A stretch of 64,000 nucleotides of DNA, taken from Rhina ancylostomus. Taxonomy: Eukaryota. This document shows, one piece after another, positions 1 through 13,239 of the stretch. A model generated the notes under the pieces. That model was not told where the DNA came from, searched no databases, and saw only the letters and a list, made by a program, of their open reading frames with translations. The translations under genes were made by a program, and so were the position numbers. The stretch is from positions 20,444,020 through 20,508,019 of the forward strand of contig JARFYF010000007.1 in assembly GCA_030265395.1 (NCBI GenBank). The letters are read 5' to 3'. Numbering within the stretch: position 1 is the first letter of the stretch; every line of letters starts with the position of its first letter.

Positions 1-478
1 AGGCCACATCCGTAGCACTGAATACAATAAACAAATTTGGAAGAGGTGCATCTGAGTCTCTGCCTCACAAGGAGGGGCTGTTTAGGCCCCTGGATGGCGG
101 TGAGGGAGGATGTGCAGGGACAGGTGTTACACCCCCTATGGTTGCCTGGGGAGGGTGACAGCGAGTGGGGCGGGATGAGTGAACCAGGGAGTCATGGAGA
201 GTTTTATCAGCAGGAAGCAGAATGGGGTGCGGAGAGGAGGATGTTGCTGGTGGTGAGATCATGTTGTAGCTGGTGGAAATATCAAGGTATGTTGCAATGG
301 ATGTGTAGACTGATAGGGTGGAAGGCAAGGACCAAGGGAACTCTATTCCTCTTCTGTCTAGGGTAAGAGCCAAAATATGGGAGGTAGAGGAGATGCGGGT
401 GGGGGCTCTGTCAACCACAGTTGGGGGTAAGTCCCATTTCCTGTAAAAGGAGGACATCTCAGATGTCTTGGTGTGTAA
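1..478 (-). mobile_element. Penelope-like retroelement fragment (post-RT linker region), decayed
   Basis: The minus-strand translation TSEMSSFYRKWDLPPTVVDRAPTRISS...LHDSLVHSSRPT resembles the linker between RT and GIY-YIG in chondrichthyan Penelope-like elements. It is homologous to the copies at 2283-2900 and 42527-43425. Confidence 0.8.
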
Positions 479-559
479 GTTTATCTTACACATGCTATTT
501 ACCTTATCAATAAACCTGGGAAGGAATCAAGATATTGCAGGACAAAACCTGTACAAATT

Positions 560-635
560 CTACATTGGCTTATATTACCAGTGGATTTGAATACAAGAGT
601 AAGGCTGTCTTACTGCAATTGTACAAGGTTTTAAA
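560..635 (+). mobile_element. CR1 LINE ORF2 fragment
   Basis: ttggcttatattaccagtggatttgaatacaagagtaaggctgtcttactgcaattgtacaagg encodes LAYITSGFEYKSKAVLLQLYK, a CR1 C-terminal motif. Confidence 0.7.
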
Positions 636-2019
636 GTGCCTGTTGTAGGTAGTCCAAGTCTCAGAAGCATANNNNNNNNNNNNNNNNNNTGAGCCTTGAG
701 CTTTGTACTGGGATTGAGGTCTTGACCTTCAAGCACTCTTTTCCTCAATGTCCAAAGACAGCATTGACATACTGAAGGTGATGGTGAATTTCATGAATAT
801 CTGCCTTAACAGAGAGGTCTCTAATGAGATGAGCAGTGATACTGTTTTCCAGGGTTTTGTGTTCCAGGATCTTTATTGTCAATGGCCAATGTTACTCAGT
901 GAGGGTATGTTAGTATTGGATGCTTCATATTATGGACTTTGAGGTAAGGCCCACCTGTGGGTGTTTATTTAGAGCAGAGCTTTGCAATATAGTTATGAAT
1001 GATTCATTATTCACTATCACATAAAGGGCAAAACCCTTCAAAGCATATTAGCTACAATATGTTGCTACTGTAACTCTTCATTTGATCTCATTACTAATTA
1101 AGATAATTGCTTGGCGTTTAACACCAAAGTCAGTGTCTTTCTATTGCTTTCTGAAAAAAGAGATGATAATGTGAGCATATGTGATTAACTAGTACAAGAA
1201 TAAACCAAGGACAGTTCTCAGTTCATTCCCTGGACACATTAAAAAAATTACTAGGCTCACTTGGCAAGGAGAAACGATTTCTGGTGTATGGGGAGTGTGA
1301 GCTCATTTACAAGATTAAGCTGAAAGAAGGCAGATGTGTCTCGAATTATAAAAGTTAAAAGAAAATTTATTGTGATAGATATAGGTTTGAAAGGGCTTAA
1401 CACACACAAACACCATGAAATATCCAGACAATTACACACAGGTAATGCAGTGTGAAACATTCCTGCTAACATTCACTTCTCAGCAAATTGTGGCTACTCA
1501 ATAAGCGGAAAACTTCCCCTCTGAAGCTTGTTTTCCTGTGTGGATAAATCAATAATACTGCATAGTTAGTGTGGAACCAGATATGGAGGGTGTGGTTTTT
1601 GAACTGAATTCAAGTTGTTTGGAACTTGGAGCTTATTTTTCTACAAATTATTTGACAATTTCAGCTTTTCTTTTGTACACCTCAAAAAAATCCATGACAA
1701 TTTAACTTTAGGAAGCACGCAATAAACTGAAACGTGATCTCTGACAGACTTGCAAGTCTCACACATTTTGAATAAGTTTCAATAAATTCAGAAAAAAATA
1801 ATCTGTTTCTACATGCCTTAGACACCAAAAGTAAACACACACTGTACATTTTTTTAATCCATCTCTCAATTGTGGCCATGCTATTTTCTCCTTTTTAAAG
1901 GCTGACTTTTACTATCTCTAACTTTGAAGGCACTTTCCCAAGACAACTTTTAATTTTTGTTCTTTTTTATTCCGTTGTTTGTTAGTTAAATACAGAGTGC
2001 CATAGCGTCAGTTGTCAGT

Positions 2020-2282
2020 GCCATTGTGTGGAAGTAAAATGTATTGAGGGTTGTTGGATGGCCTGGAAATAGTGAGCTTTGGTTTCCTTCCACATCAAAG
2101 CAACATGCTGGTTGGTTGGTTAATTGGTGTAGGTGAGTGGTTGAATCTGGATGAAGTTAATCAGAATGTGAGAATAAAAAGTGAGATTAATATTGGAGTG
2201 AGTATATAATTAGGTGGTTGATGATATATGTGGACTCAGTGAGCAAAGGGACTGTTTCTATGTTGTATCTCTCCATGACTCT
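2020..2282 (+). mobile_element. V-core SINE (HE1-like) with CR1-type 3' tail, decayed
   Basis: The V-domain-like ggtttccttccacatcaaagcaacatgctggttggttggttaattgg is followed by the CR1-type tail tggactcagtgagcaaagggactgtttctatgttgtatctctccatgact. Confidence 0.6.
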
Positions 2283-2900
2283 TCCCAGACAGGGCAGGGA
2301 TAGGGTTTCCCTTGCCCTCACCTTGCACCCCATCAGTTTCCACAACATGCATCCTCCAGAATTTCCAAAACCTTTGACCTGATGCCGCCACAGACATTTA
2401 CTTCCCCTCCCCTCTGCTTTCAGCATTTCTTCACAACTTCCAAAATTATTTTTTCCATCTCCACCAACACACAGTCTCCTTCACACAGAACCTTCCTGTA
2501 CAATTGCAGGAGCTGCAAGACCTGCACTTTTATCTCTTCCTTTCTCACAATCCAAAGACCTAAACACTGTTTCCAGGGGAAGCACCAATTGATTTCCACT
2601 TCTAACAATTTTGTGCACTGCATTTTGTGCTCACGATGCAGTCTCCTCTATGTTGAAGAAATCATACGCAGATTGGGTGACCACTCTTTAGAATACCACC
2701 CTTCAGTCTACAAGGCTGACACTGAGCTGCTAGTTACCTGTCACTTCAGTTCTCCATTCCACTCCCATTCTGATCTCTCTGTCCCTGACTGTTTACACGT
2801 AAGCTTAAAGAACAATATATCAACTTCCCTCCAGGCACGCTACTGCCCTTGGGGGATTAAAATTGAATTCAACAATATCAGATAACCAGCCTTTCCAGTT
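2283..2900 (+). mobile_element. Penelope-like element 3' ORF fragment (GIY-YIG endonuclease)
   Basis: ORF 2382-2885 contains CRSCKTCTFI...NFVHCILCSRCSLLYVEEIIRRLGDH...VTCHFSSPFHSHSDLSV. This is a decayed Cys motif plus GIY-YIG (VYCI...LYIGET.RRLGDR) domain. Confidence 0.85.
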
Positions 2901-3109
2901 TGATCCTGTGTAAGGGCAGGGAATGCTGGGGGTCCTCAGTGCATCAGACGTCATATGTGAGGANNNNNNNNNNNNNNNNNNNNNNNNNNNNNNNNNNNCA
3001 TGGTAGGGAAGGTCTATTGAGATAGCTCCTAATCCAATTGATTAAGATGTTAAAGAAGAAAACTAAATTCAATTCTTGACTACAAACTAGAGTAGGTGCC
3101 TGGTAACAA

Positions 3110-3330
3110 TAAAAAAACCCTGCAAATCTCGAGATCTGAAGTAAAAACAGAAAATGCTAGAAGCACATGGCAGGCCCGGCAGCATCCGTGGAGAGAGAAA
3201 ACAAAATTAATGTTTCTGGTTAATGACCCTTCATCAGAAAAAAGAAAGCAAGTTAGTATCAAGCTGCAGGGAATGTGGGAGAGGGATGAATAGGACAAAT
3301 GAATATCTTTGATAGGGTGAGGTCAGGATT
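3110..3330 (-). mobile_element. Penelope-like terminal repeat (pLTR) with hammerhead-like motif
   Basis: It matches the 3' end of the Penelope copy at 33960-34770. The minus strand at 3205-3240 reads ctgatga-a-gggtc-att-aacca-gaaac-att. Confidence 0.75.
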
Positions 3331-6300
3331 GCTCTGAGAATAAACTATCATTATAAGAATATTTATAGTATCCTTCAACTAATGGCTGGTATTCCACAGC
3401 ATTTATCCTCTATTTCAGTATGTGCTATTACACAGATGGGACTGCTAGATTATATGTCTTCATGCTGTGTTATCTACTGATATTCAAATATCTCATGCAA
3501 TACTCTGCCTCCACCCTTGATTTCATATTTTATTGTGATATTGTTTGCTATTTCATTATGTTACCCTATTGCCACACTGCATCTGTCATTGTCTGACTGA
3601 TTTGAGCATACATAATTGATAAGTAGGTCCTCCTAGAGAAGATTGGCAGTTACTTGGCCAAGCTTTGGTCTATAGGCACATAAAACATATGTATCCCTGA
3701 AAATTCCAAGGAGCCAAAAGCATTCAACAAGTTGGTAGTTTAAATTTAAACTATTGCAATGCCATTAGTGGTTTTAGAAAAACATGTTCAGAAAAAAAGA
3801 CCGAGAAGTACGGCCTTTGGTTAGGAATGTAAAGAGTCACCAGTGATGTATAACATACTTAGGGCTCCTGATGATAATGTATAACATATTTTCAGGCTGA
3901 AATCTGACAGTAAAAGATGTATGTTACTTGCTAGATTTTTCAAATTAAAATAGATGTAACGACTGCTGTACTAGGCACAGCTTGGCCAAAATTCTTGTTT
4001 TCATTTTTTGACAAAAAGGGGAATGAGGCAAGAGCGAAGAAAATGGGAAAGACAGTAGAAATCACTTACAGATTTGTTCACTCTGTACACTCCTCAAACA
4101 ATAGGTAACAACTGATTAATGAAGAATGATGAACAGTGAGGCTAAGTCACTTTGTGTTGGTTGGTGACTCAGTGAAGAACTTGTGGTATTTTACCACAAC
4201 TGCACAAATGGAAAAATGACTACAAGGTAATGCAGCTGATGAAATTGTGCAAAATTTGTCATTTTTACAATATAATGATAGTGAAAGGCTGTTGTTAATG
4301 CTACCATTTACTCTGTCAAAATCCAGACTATAACTTTCCTATTTCTCTTTGCCTCCCATGTGTGCTTTTTCAAAAACTTACATACATAAATGTCAGAAAC
4401 TGGGTGCACTTAATCCAATTCCTCTTCTGCATCAGGGATACAGTGCAACATTTTCACAGGTGTTGAGAGACTGCCACGATAATGAATGATTGACAATTAC
4501 ACTTCACTTTACTTATTCCATGATTATAATGCTTACAAGTATAGTACCCCTTTTAACATGCACCAAGATAGATGAAACCATTTTATGTCAGATAACTCCA
4601 TGACATTTGAACATTTTAATTAGAAGCAGGAGGGGGCCACTCAGCCTCTCTATCATTCAATAATATCCTGGGTTATATGAGTGTAACATTAACTCCTTAT
4701 TCCTGTCTAACCATGGTAACCTTTCACTCTATAACAATGACATGAAGTTAACAAGGTATATTGATGGTTTTAGAGGTAAAGAGCTCAAAGGATTGGTTGG
4801 ACCATCTACCAAAGAACATACTCTTGCTACTGCTATGATTCACTCTGGCTCCCAAGTACTTGAGCATAAGACAGCAATGCCATGCATGGAAAGGAAGGCT
4901 TTTATGTGACCAGATCTATCTAAAATTGTCATCCCTCATATGCCTGCATCCTTCCTGAAGGACCTGGCATAAGGATCAGTACAACACAACATAGAGGACA
5001 GAGGGCTGCCTTTTCTAACTTTTGCTTTGATTGGGAAGCTTTCCATTTTGGCATGGCCTGGGGAACCTCCCATAAAGTAGCCATGATGGAAGCCTGAGAC
5101 ATTTCTATCTTCCAGACTACAGTCAAAGAGGAAACCCTTTGTGAGAATGCTGGAATAGGTAGACAAGTGCACAAGGCAGGTTGCAAGGGCTGGATTTTAA
5201 CACCAGTCATTGGAAAGTTTGATGTCAAATCAGATGTNNNNNNNNNNNNNNNNNNNNNNNNNNNNNNNNNNNNNNNNNNNNNNNNNNNNNNNNNNNNNNN
5301 NNNNNNNNNNNNNNNNNNNNNNNNNNNNNNNNNNNNNTGTTCACAATTTAAGATCTGTAACAGGTTTACTGCAGGAGTGACAAGGATAGGTAGCCAACCT
5401 ACATTGTTGTATCTAACAGCACAGCTATTGATCACTTGCTTGATTATGTTCAGATACACTTATCAAGATGAAAGAGTAGGAAGGTGAAGACATACCATCG
5501 GAATTCTGTTAAAACTGTCATTCTGATCAAAGAGTTTCTCCTTTAAGATCTAGGAGTCATAGAAGTTTTCTGCCTGTCTGGATTTAACCTTTAAAGAAGT
5601 TTGCTTTCATCACATGGCATTTGAAAGAGATTCCTTTCTAATTCACTTGTGCAGAGCACGGTCTATTCGATTGTCTCCCATGTCGTACAACTTGAGGATG
5701 CACCATGGCTTTACAAAAGAGCCTATTTGAAATAATCTAACTTGATACCTGATACTGACAGTAAGTGTCAAAGTTGAAAGATTGACCAGAACTTCAGTGA
5801 AACTCTGGATGTAGCACTGCGCTGAGTGATGGTGTGCTTCTGACAAGTTCTCTGCAGTGATCTATAAATATCCCAAAGCATTATATAGAGAGCTGAGAAG
5901 ACTTTAAAAAACATTGGTAGTTTTAGTTCTCTGAACTGTCTATCCACCTTGTCACAAAAGGTTATTCCATTTATGGTATTGAAAAGTAGCTGTACAATGG
6001 TGCAATGTGTCACCCTTACTGCAAAACAATCTATCAAGCAATTAAAATTAATTTTTACAAGGAGCTTCTTCAAATTTTAATTCCTGAAATATTGTAAACA
6101 AAAATCACATTGGAACAAAGTATCTCTCATTTATTTCTCTCTTTAGATTCAGGTTTGCTTTGCCTCCATTTTGCTTCTTGTACCTAATTGAATTAATTAT
6201 TCTGACTTACACTTCCTGGATCAGTCTCTCCACATTACATGAACAATTCTTGAATCTGATTGGTTTGGGAGACAGCAGTTATTTCTCTTGTTGCCACAAG

Positions 6301-7904
6301 CCTCGGGTCACACTGTAGAAGCAACAGCACTATTCTGATGTTCCACTGGCCCATGGATATCAAATGGGAAGGTGCAAGTCTGATGAACGTTGGTTGCCTT
6401 TCAATATTTTAGCACAGTACATTTTGGCTCAGTATATTCAATGGTGGATGTCTTGATAGCTAATTATGAACAAGAAATTGTCCCCTCATATAAATATTGC
6501 ATCTCTGTCCATGCCCAGTATGTGCATTCAGAATAATGCACAAAATGTAATGCATAGAATTTGATGTAAATATTTCAAAGAACATTGTCATGGGAAAATG
6601 CTTTCAGTTTTAGTGAGGGATGCCTTTGTGTATAACAGTTATCTTGATGCATCACTTAACTGAGACATTCTCTAACGTTTCAGAAAAGATTTACTTTGTA
6701 TTGCCTCTAGCCCAATGGCTTGAAATACAGACATGACTGAGTGTAATTTATAGCTCCCCTAAAGTAGATCATATAACCCATTTGGAATTTACAGAACGCC
6801 AAAATTAATCAGATCTACCGTCCAATGATTGATTAAGTTGACGTTCTTAGTCTGCCATTCTAAAAAGAAAATCACCATGGTATGGAGCTGGATTTGGAAT
6901 TTATAAAGTGGCATTATTATTGTTCTGTTGAAACTTAACTCTTAAGGTGCTATGGTGCTGTCTGTGCAACGTTCATGCTCCATCAAGAAATCACTCCATT
7001 GTGTTGCTCCAAAAAGGACAAAGTAACTGTGGCTGCATTGAAACTGGATTGAAAGACGTTTTGTAATTTTGTTACCAATAATGATAGAAGTCCCCTTTTG
7101 CCTCTGTGATGAAATATGAGTTTGCTCATTATTATAAATTACATAGAATCTAACTTGTAGTAATGTGTACATTTTTGATATTTAACTGGGCTAAACTGAA
7201 AAAGATAGCTGAGGGAAGAGACAGTGTGTCATTAATGGGAGACACAGCCAGGAATGGGCTTGAAAATTGTAACAGTAGACTGTGATCATGTAATGAACCT
7301 GTCTGACCCACTTCACATATAATGTGTCTCTTTAGCTTAAACACTACCGATAAAAATCCTTTCAAGATTGACCCAATATCAGAAACTGTGATTTTAACAA
7401 TAAAATAAGTGTCATGTGAATTTTTCATGAGCTTAGGCTGACGATCCTCTGCAACTCAAGAGACATGAACTTTATTAAAGTTCTCAGTCACCTTCAACAA
7501 CATTAACTGTTTCCCCACTAGCTGGTTCTTATCAAAAAGCCATCTGCCATGTAAAATATTGTTGCATGTTGCAGGCAAAATGCTTAGAAATGATGCATTC
7601 ATTTTTATTTCCTTTGCTGGTCGGGAAGGTGGCAGTGCGATTAATACATAGTGCAGCATGCAACTTCCTGATTCCTGTTGACATTAGAGTCACTGACATT
7701 TGGCTGGGGATCTTGAAATGGATGACCCAGGCCTTTACTCCAGAATTAAGGACAATCCCACCAGTCAAATGGTTACAGGCTCTTAAAATCCAGTTGTTGT
7801 ATCCAGCTGTTGCCTCTTTCACAATGGTAGTAGGCACATGTAATCAAAGGACATTAAAACTGCAGACTGTGGAGATAGCAGCATCTCAGAAATAAGATCT
7901 GCTG

Positions 7905-8675
7905 GATGAGGATTGTAAAAGATGTCTGTGGTTAATCTGTCTCTGGAGATGGAGACAGAGAGATCCAGAAAGGGGAGAGAGGTTTTGGAGATGGACAAAG
8001 TGAATTTGAGGGTGGGGTGGAAGTTGGTGGTGAAGTGGATGAAATTGATGAGCTCTTCATGGTGCAGGAAGCAGCATCAATGCAGTTGTCAATGTAGCAG
8101 AGAAAGAGTTGGGGACCATTACCAGTGTAGATTTGGAACATGGACGAAAAGGCAGGCATAGCTGGGGCCTGTGTGAGTGCCCATGGTTACACCTTTGGTC
8201 TGGAGAAAGTGGGAGGAGCTGAAAGTGAAGTTGTTGAGGGTGAGAACCAGTTCAGCCAGATGGAGGAGGGTGGCAGTGGAGGGGAACTGGTTGTGTCTGT
8301 TATGAAGGAAGAAGAGCCTTGAGCCCTTCCTGATGGGTGATAGAAGAGTATGGGGACTCGATGTCCATGGTGAAAATGAGGCGGTCAGGGCTGGGGAACT
8401 GAAAGTTATTGAAGTGATAGAGAGCATGTGAAGTATCACGGACATAGGTGGGAAGGGACTTAACCAAGGGGAACAAAATGGAGTTGAGATACGAGGACAT
8501 GAGTTCAATGGAGCAGGAGCAGGTGGAAACAATGGGCCCACTTTGGCAGTTAGNNNNNNNNNNNNTAGTTTTGTGGATCTTGGGTAGGAGGTAGATACAG
8601 GCAGTGTGGGGTTGGAGGCTGTAGCGGGGAGGTATCCAGAGGTGATGAGGTCGGTGATGGTGCAGGAGACAGTGG
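7905..8675 (-). mobile_element. Penelope-like element reverse transcriptase fragment
   Basis: Frameshifted ORFs give LPTYVRDTSHAL...LIFTMDIESPYSSITHQEGLKAL, HLAELVLTLNNFTFSSSHFLQTKGVTMGT..GPSYACLFV and QLFLCYIDNC (decayed YIDD catalytic motif). Confidence 0.92.
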
Positions 8676-10289
8676 ATAATTATGGGACCTTATTTTACTG
8701 ATTGTCCCTTACTCAACTGATCCAGATCAGCAGAGCCGAGCTTGCTGACCGAAAGTGCCCTGGAACCAATCAGATGCCCTGCGTGGTGGCAGGGCCTTGT
8801 GTGAGAAAGGCAGGCCAGACAATGCTCCACCCACTAACTGCAGAGAAAACCTTTGACAAACAGCTTTACCGTCTGTCAAAACTGTCATGCTTGCAAAACT
8901 TCAGAATGTCCCTTAACTTCACTGCAAAACACTTCAAAAAAATTAAAAGCATTAATGAATAGTTGAAAAAAATGCATTTTAACCTATGCATATTTTTATT
9001 TCTAGCAGCTGTAACATCTCCATTGAACTGAATGAATTTGTAAACTTTTCACCAGGTCCAAACATGCATAGAATCTCTGAGCAAATTCTCCAGCATTAGT
9101 ACTGGGGAATATCAGATAGTTTGTCACCAGATTGAATGTGGAGTCCACCAACAGAGCCTGCTGTCTGATTCCTGTAGACAGTTTTGGAACTTCTGTATGC
9201 AGATCTGCATGAGCTTAAGTTACAGACTTGCTGGTGTTTATGTGGGTAAGTACGGATGGTTCACCATGATACTTCTGAATTTCCCAGCAGGATTCAGGGG
9301 GACACATGAGGTTGTGAAGGGGCAGAATTGCAGGATATGGAGATCAATGTAGATAAATATGAATAGAGCTGTTTGGGAGCACTATTAGTGAATACTGCGA
9401 AGGGCACCATTTGGGAAATCAGGTGATCAGAAATCCTTGGTATCATTATCAGCAAAGTTGGCTGGAGAAGTTCACAAGCTGATTGAAAATCATCATGATT
9501 ACTTGGGATTATAAATAATGGAACAGAATATAAAATTGAAAAAAGACCATGCCAGAACTTAATAAATAAATTGTGGATAATTCTGGTAACCATTTCAGTA
9601 AAAACTTCAGAAAGAGAGCAGAGGAGGTGCACCAGAATGAAGAGTAATGTACAGAAAGTGGGGATGTGAGGTTAAGATATTCAGTGAGCCGGCACAGCCA
9701 TGATGTAGCTGGCTGTGCAGTGTACACATTTCTAACTAAGATTTGGCTTTCTATATGTCTGACTTTGTTTCTAAAATATAATAAATTTGAGTACTACAAT
9801 TCAATTACAAATATTTCAAAATATGTAGTTCATCCTATGTTGCTAGCGCTAAACATGCTATATACTGACAGCAGTATGCAACACTTTACCTTCAAACTTC
9901 AGTTTCACTAAAATCGATGGAATAAATTTGAGAGGCAGAGTTCAACATGAGATCACCACCATGCAACACACTCAGAACCTCCTATTTGGGATGATTCTCT
10001 TTAAAATAAAGTATCTTTTAGGAGATTATATGTTAGATTGCATAAATAAGTCAGATGTGTGCATTCTAAAATCTATTTTGCACTCTGAATGTAATTTTGA
10101 AAAGTTAATTAAAACTCATGAGTTTAGCTTCCATGTGCGCTGAGTGTGAGAATGCTTTAACGTCAGCCAGCTTTATGACACCAGTATTGCTGATTGCTCA
10201 TGATCCTGTAGAATAGGAGCCTGAGGGCAATCAATGTCAGCAAAATGGCAGCTCTTGCCAGAGTTGGGAGCTTTCCTTGAGGTCAGTGG

Positions 10290-10800
10290 CTATAAATTCT
10301 GAGCCATTATTCAATTTGATTTCCCCATCCTTTCAGGCAATGAATTTCAGATCATAACCATTTTCTGCTCAAGGTAAAAAAAATAGTTTATTCACAACTG
10401 ATTCTTTTACCGATTTCCTTAAATCTATGTCTTTTATTCACTGATCCTTCTTCCACCTGGAACGGTTTCTCCTCATAAATTTAACCAAAATTGTTCATGA
10501 TTTTCAACACTTGAATCAAGTCCCCTTTCAACCTTCTCTATGGAGTGGTATCATTATTTCTCTTGAACTTACATATAACCAGTGCCTCTTTCTTTAATCT
10601 CTGATATTTCTCCAATTAATCAGTTACATCCTCTTTAAGGCATTGATGTCCTTCCAAAACTCAGAGCAAGAACTGACTGTAATACTGCTCCTGAAGCCTA
10701 ACCTGTGTTTTATCTATGTTTTGTATAATTTCCCTGTTTTTGCATCTATTCACTATTTATAAAGCCAAGGATCATGTACACTTTTCTCAAATCTCTCATC
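10290..10800 (-). mobile_element. Old CR1 LINE 3' fragment
   Basis: Reverse-complement CR1 3' motifs are present: caggcaatgaatttcagatcataacc, ttcatgattttcaacacttgaatcaagtcccctttcaaccttctc. Confidence 0.6.
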
Positions 10801-11442
10801 TGGTCCTTTATTTGGCATCCTGCTCTTCTCTGAACTCCACCCAGATATGAGGTAAAGATGGAAGTTTATCCAGTTACCTCAAAGCTTAGATATAATATCT
10901 ACACATTATTATTTCTAGCACAGTCAATAAACTTCTCTGCCTAAATGGTTGATGTAAATGTCTCTTGATTAAAGCATGTTACAAAGGCAACAATGGTCTG
11001 CTTAAGAAATTAGAAATAAGAACAGAAAATCTCAAATCCATTATTCTGTATCTTCCCCACAATCATTAACACCTCTACAGTCCAAAAAATTGTCTCTCTC
11101 TGGGGCACAGAATTTCAAAGATTCCCAAGAATGAGGAAATTCCTCATCATGTTTTTTCTTAAATGGACAACATCCAATTCTGAAATTACACACCCTTGTT
11201 CCAGATTCTCCCACAAGGAGAAACATCCTCTCAATATCCACTCTGTCAAGCCCAGTCAGAAACCTACATAATACAATAAGATCGATCTCAAATTTCTAAA
11301 CTCCTTTGAACATAGGCCCAACCTGCTGAATCATTTGTCACAAGACCATCCCTTCATCCTTGGAATCGACCTTGTGAATCTTCTCTGAACTGCCTCTAAT
11401 GCAAGTATATTCCTCCTAATCAGTAAACAGTACTCCAGATGC

Positions 11443-11892
11443 CTCAAATACTAGAGGGCATAGCTTTACGGTGAGAGGAGAAAGTTTAAAGGAGATGTGG
11501 GGGTAAGTTTTTTTACCCAGAGAGTGGTAGGTGCCTGGAATGTGTTGCCAGGGGTGGTAGTAGAAGTAGATACAATAGTGGCGAAAAGAGGCTTTTACAT
11601 AGGCATATGAATATGCACGGAATGGAGGGATATGGATCATACTACTATCTTTGCAACATTATGCTGTTTTGTGCTTGTTTAGGTATTTATTGTCGTATTT
11701 ATTACTACAAAGTATACTGTTTCTTGAGTGAGCTTCATGCAAGCAAAGAATTTCATTGCACTTTAGTGTACATGACAATAATCTGAATCTGAATGTGCAG
11801 GCTGAAGGGATTAGTTTAATTTGGCATCATGTTCAACACAGACATTGTGGATAAAAGGCCTGTTCCTGTGCTGTACTGCTCTATGTTCCATG
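11443..11892 (+). mobile_element. CR1 LINE 3' end nested in the opposite-strand CR1
   Basis: ctagagggcatagctttacggtgagaggagaaagtttaaaggagatgtg...gagtggtaggtgcctggaatg is followed by the tail ggcctgttcctgtgctgtactgctctatgttc. Confidence 0.85.
11641..11794 (+). mobile_element. Rex1/Babar-type LINE 3' tail inserted in CR1
   Basis: It ends in aatttcattgcactttagtgtacatgacaataatctgaatctgaat and splits the CR1 sequence ggatcat|gtgcagg. Confidence 0.6.
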
Positions 11893-12349
11893 ACCTGTAC
11901 ACTTGCGGAAAGACTTCCCTACTTTTGAACTGCATCTCCATTGCTAGAAATTCCCAGGTGTCCAAAATATTCCATTAGGTGCTGCTGCTCTGGGAACTGT
12001 GCCAGTGTTGTGCAAGGACCTCAGGACATGATACAATATCCTGCATATAGCCCCAGGTGCTGTAAGTAATTGAACAGACCTCTCAAGCTGAACCCTGCCT
12101 GGGAGCCTTTCATCCAAGATACTGATGAGTAGATCTTGTGGAGAAAGTCAGTTGGACAACAGATTAGTGGGATGCAGGAAAGGATCTGCAGGGGAGATGT
12201 AGGCAGGGTGAGCAGATTGTGGGGGGGAGGGGAGAGATAGGTAATATTGNNNNNNNNNNNNNNNNNNNNNNNNNNNNNNNNNNNNNNNNNNNNNNNNNNN
12301 NNNNNNNNNNNNNNNNNNNNNNNNNNNNNNNNNNNNNNNNNNNNNNNNN

Positions 12350-12420
<71 letters not shown>
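12350..12420. repeat. (CA)n microsatellite
   Basis: A pure CA run of ~70 bp abuts an N gap. Confidence 0.98.
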
Positions 12421-12423
<3 letters not shown>

Positions 12424-12632
12424 CTCAAAGGGACACTCACTAATAGTCCTAGTCAGTAACTGGGGCAGGAGTCAATTAGGAGATGATGGTGGAGTGGGGA
12501 TATTTGGGGATGTAGAAATGAGAGGTGGATAAGGGTGTCAGTGTAAATTGTCAGCATATGGAGCACAGATAGGATTGAAAGGCACTTAAAGAAGAAATAT
12601 CTGGAAAATAGATAGTTTTGTGCTCTTGACTC

Positions 12633-12887
12633 ACAGAGTCATAGAACAGAGAAACAGGTCCTTCAACCCATCGCGTCCATGCCGAGTACACATCGATACT
12701 CATCCCGTTTACCAGCACTTGATCCATAACATTCTATGCCTCGGTGGTTCAGGTGCTCTTCTAAATACTTTTTTAAATGCTGTGTGAGATGCTCTCAGAC
12801 AATGCAGTCCAGATTCCAACCAACCTGTCGGTGCAAAAATTCTTCCTCAGATCCTCTTTAACCCATTACCCTAAACCTATGTCCTGG
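12633..12887 (-). mobile_element. CR1 LINE 3' end
   Basis: agagtcatagaacagagaaacaggtccttcaacccatcgcgtccatgccg...ccctaaacctatgtcc is the reverse complement of a CR1 tail. Confidence 0.8.
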
Positions 12888-12929
12888 AGTCCCTTTTATG
12901 TAACATCAAAAGAGGCTGCAACCATCTAG

Positions 12930-13045
12930 GTAAGGACTACACGGCTTCATGTGCAGTTCACTTGTGTGCGAGTCACATCAAAATGAGCACTGTGCATGGA
13001 TTGTCATTGCTGAACATTCCCAGTGGATTCCATGTATATCTACCC
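12930..13045 (+). mobile_element. Possible Harbinger transposase relic
   Basis: aaggactacacggcttcatgtgcagttcacttgtgtgcgagtcac weakly resembles the KGFHSLNVQLVCDH motif with frameshifts. Confidence 0.3.
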
Positions 13046-13239
13046 CTTACATAGGGAGAACGCAGAAGAAGATCTGGAAGTGTACTGCTGGCCCACCCAG
13101 TACACAGCCACATGCAGAGTTGGTGTCTTTTGCTTAAAATTCTATGGTGTAGAAAGAAAGTGTGGCAACATAATTTTTAATTAAAAAAGCCTAGAAATGC
13201 TGCAGTAATTCAAAGCAGTGGGTGGCACAGTGAGTTACA

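Larger units (their letters stand above)
11005..11950 (-). mobile_element. CR1 LINE 3' fragment interrupted by nested insertions
   Basis: The minus-strand CR1 3' end (ORF MDIERMFLLVGESGTR) runs to cagtactccagatg at ~11440. It resumes at acctgtacacttgcggaaagacttccctacttttg at ~11893. Confidence 0.75.

Noticed and set aside
1261-1319. Splice-like 59-nt minus-strand segment (LNLVNELTLPIHQKSFLLA), and a similar 69-nt plus-strand segment at 21091-21159
   Set aside because: There is no recognisable protein and no supported partner exon. Such AG/GT pairs are expected by chance.
1-8675. Penelope fragments at 7905-8675 and 1-478 are on the same strand and collinear, as if one element were split by 7.4 kb
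   Set aside because: The family is abundant and the intervening DNA has no single-insertion boundaries, so independent fragments are the simpler explanation.
12021-12459. ORFs with poly-CV or poly-TH, and all long ORFs containing X runs
   Set aside because: They are artefacts of the (CA)n microsatellite and of reading through N gaps.
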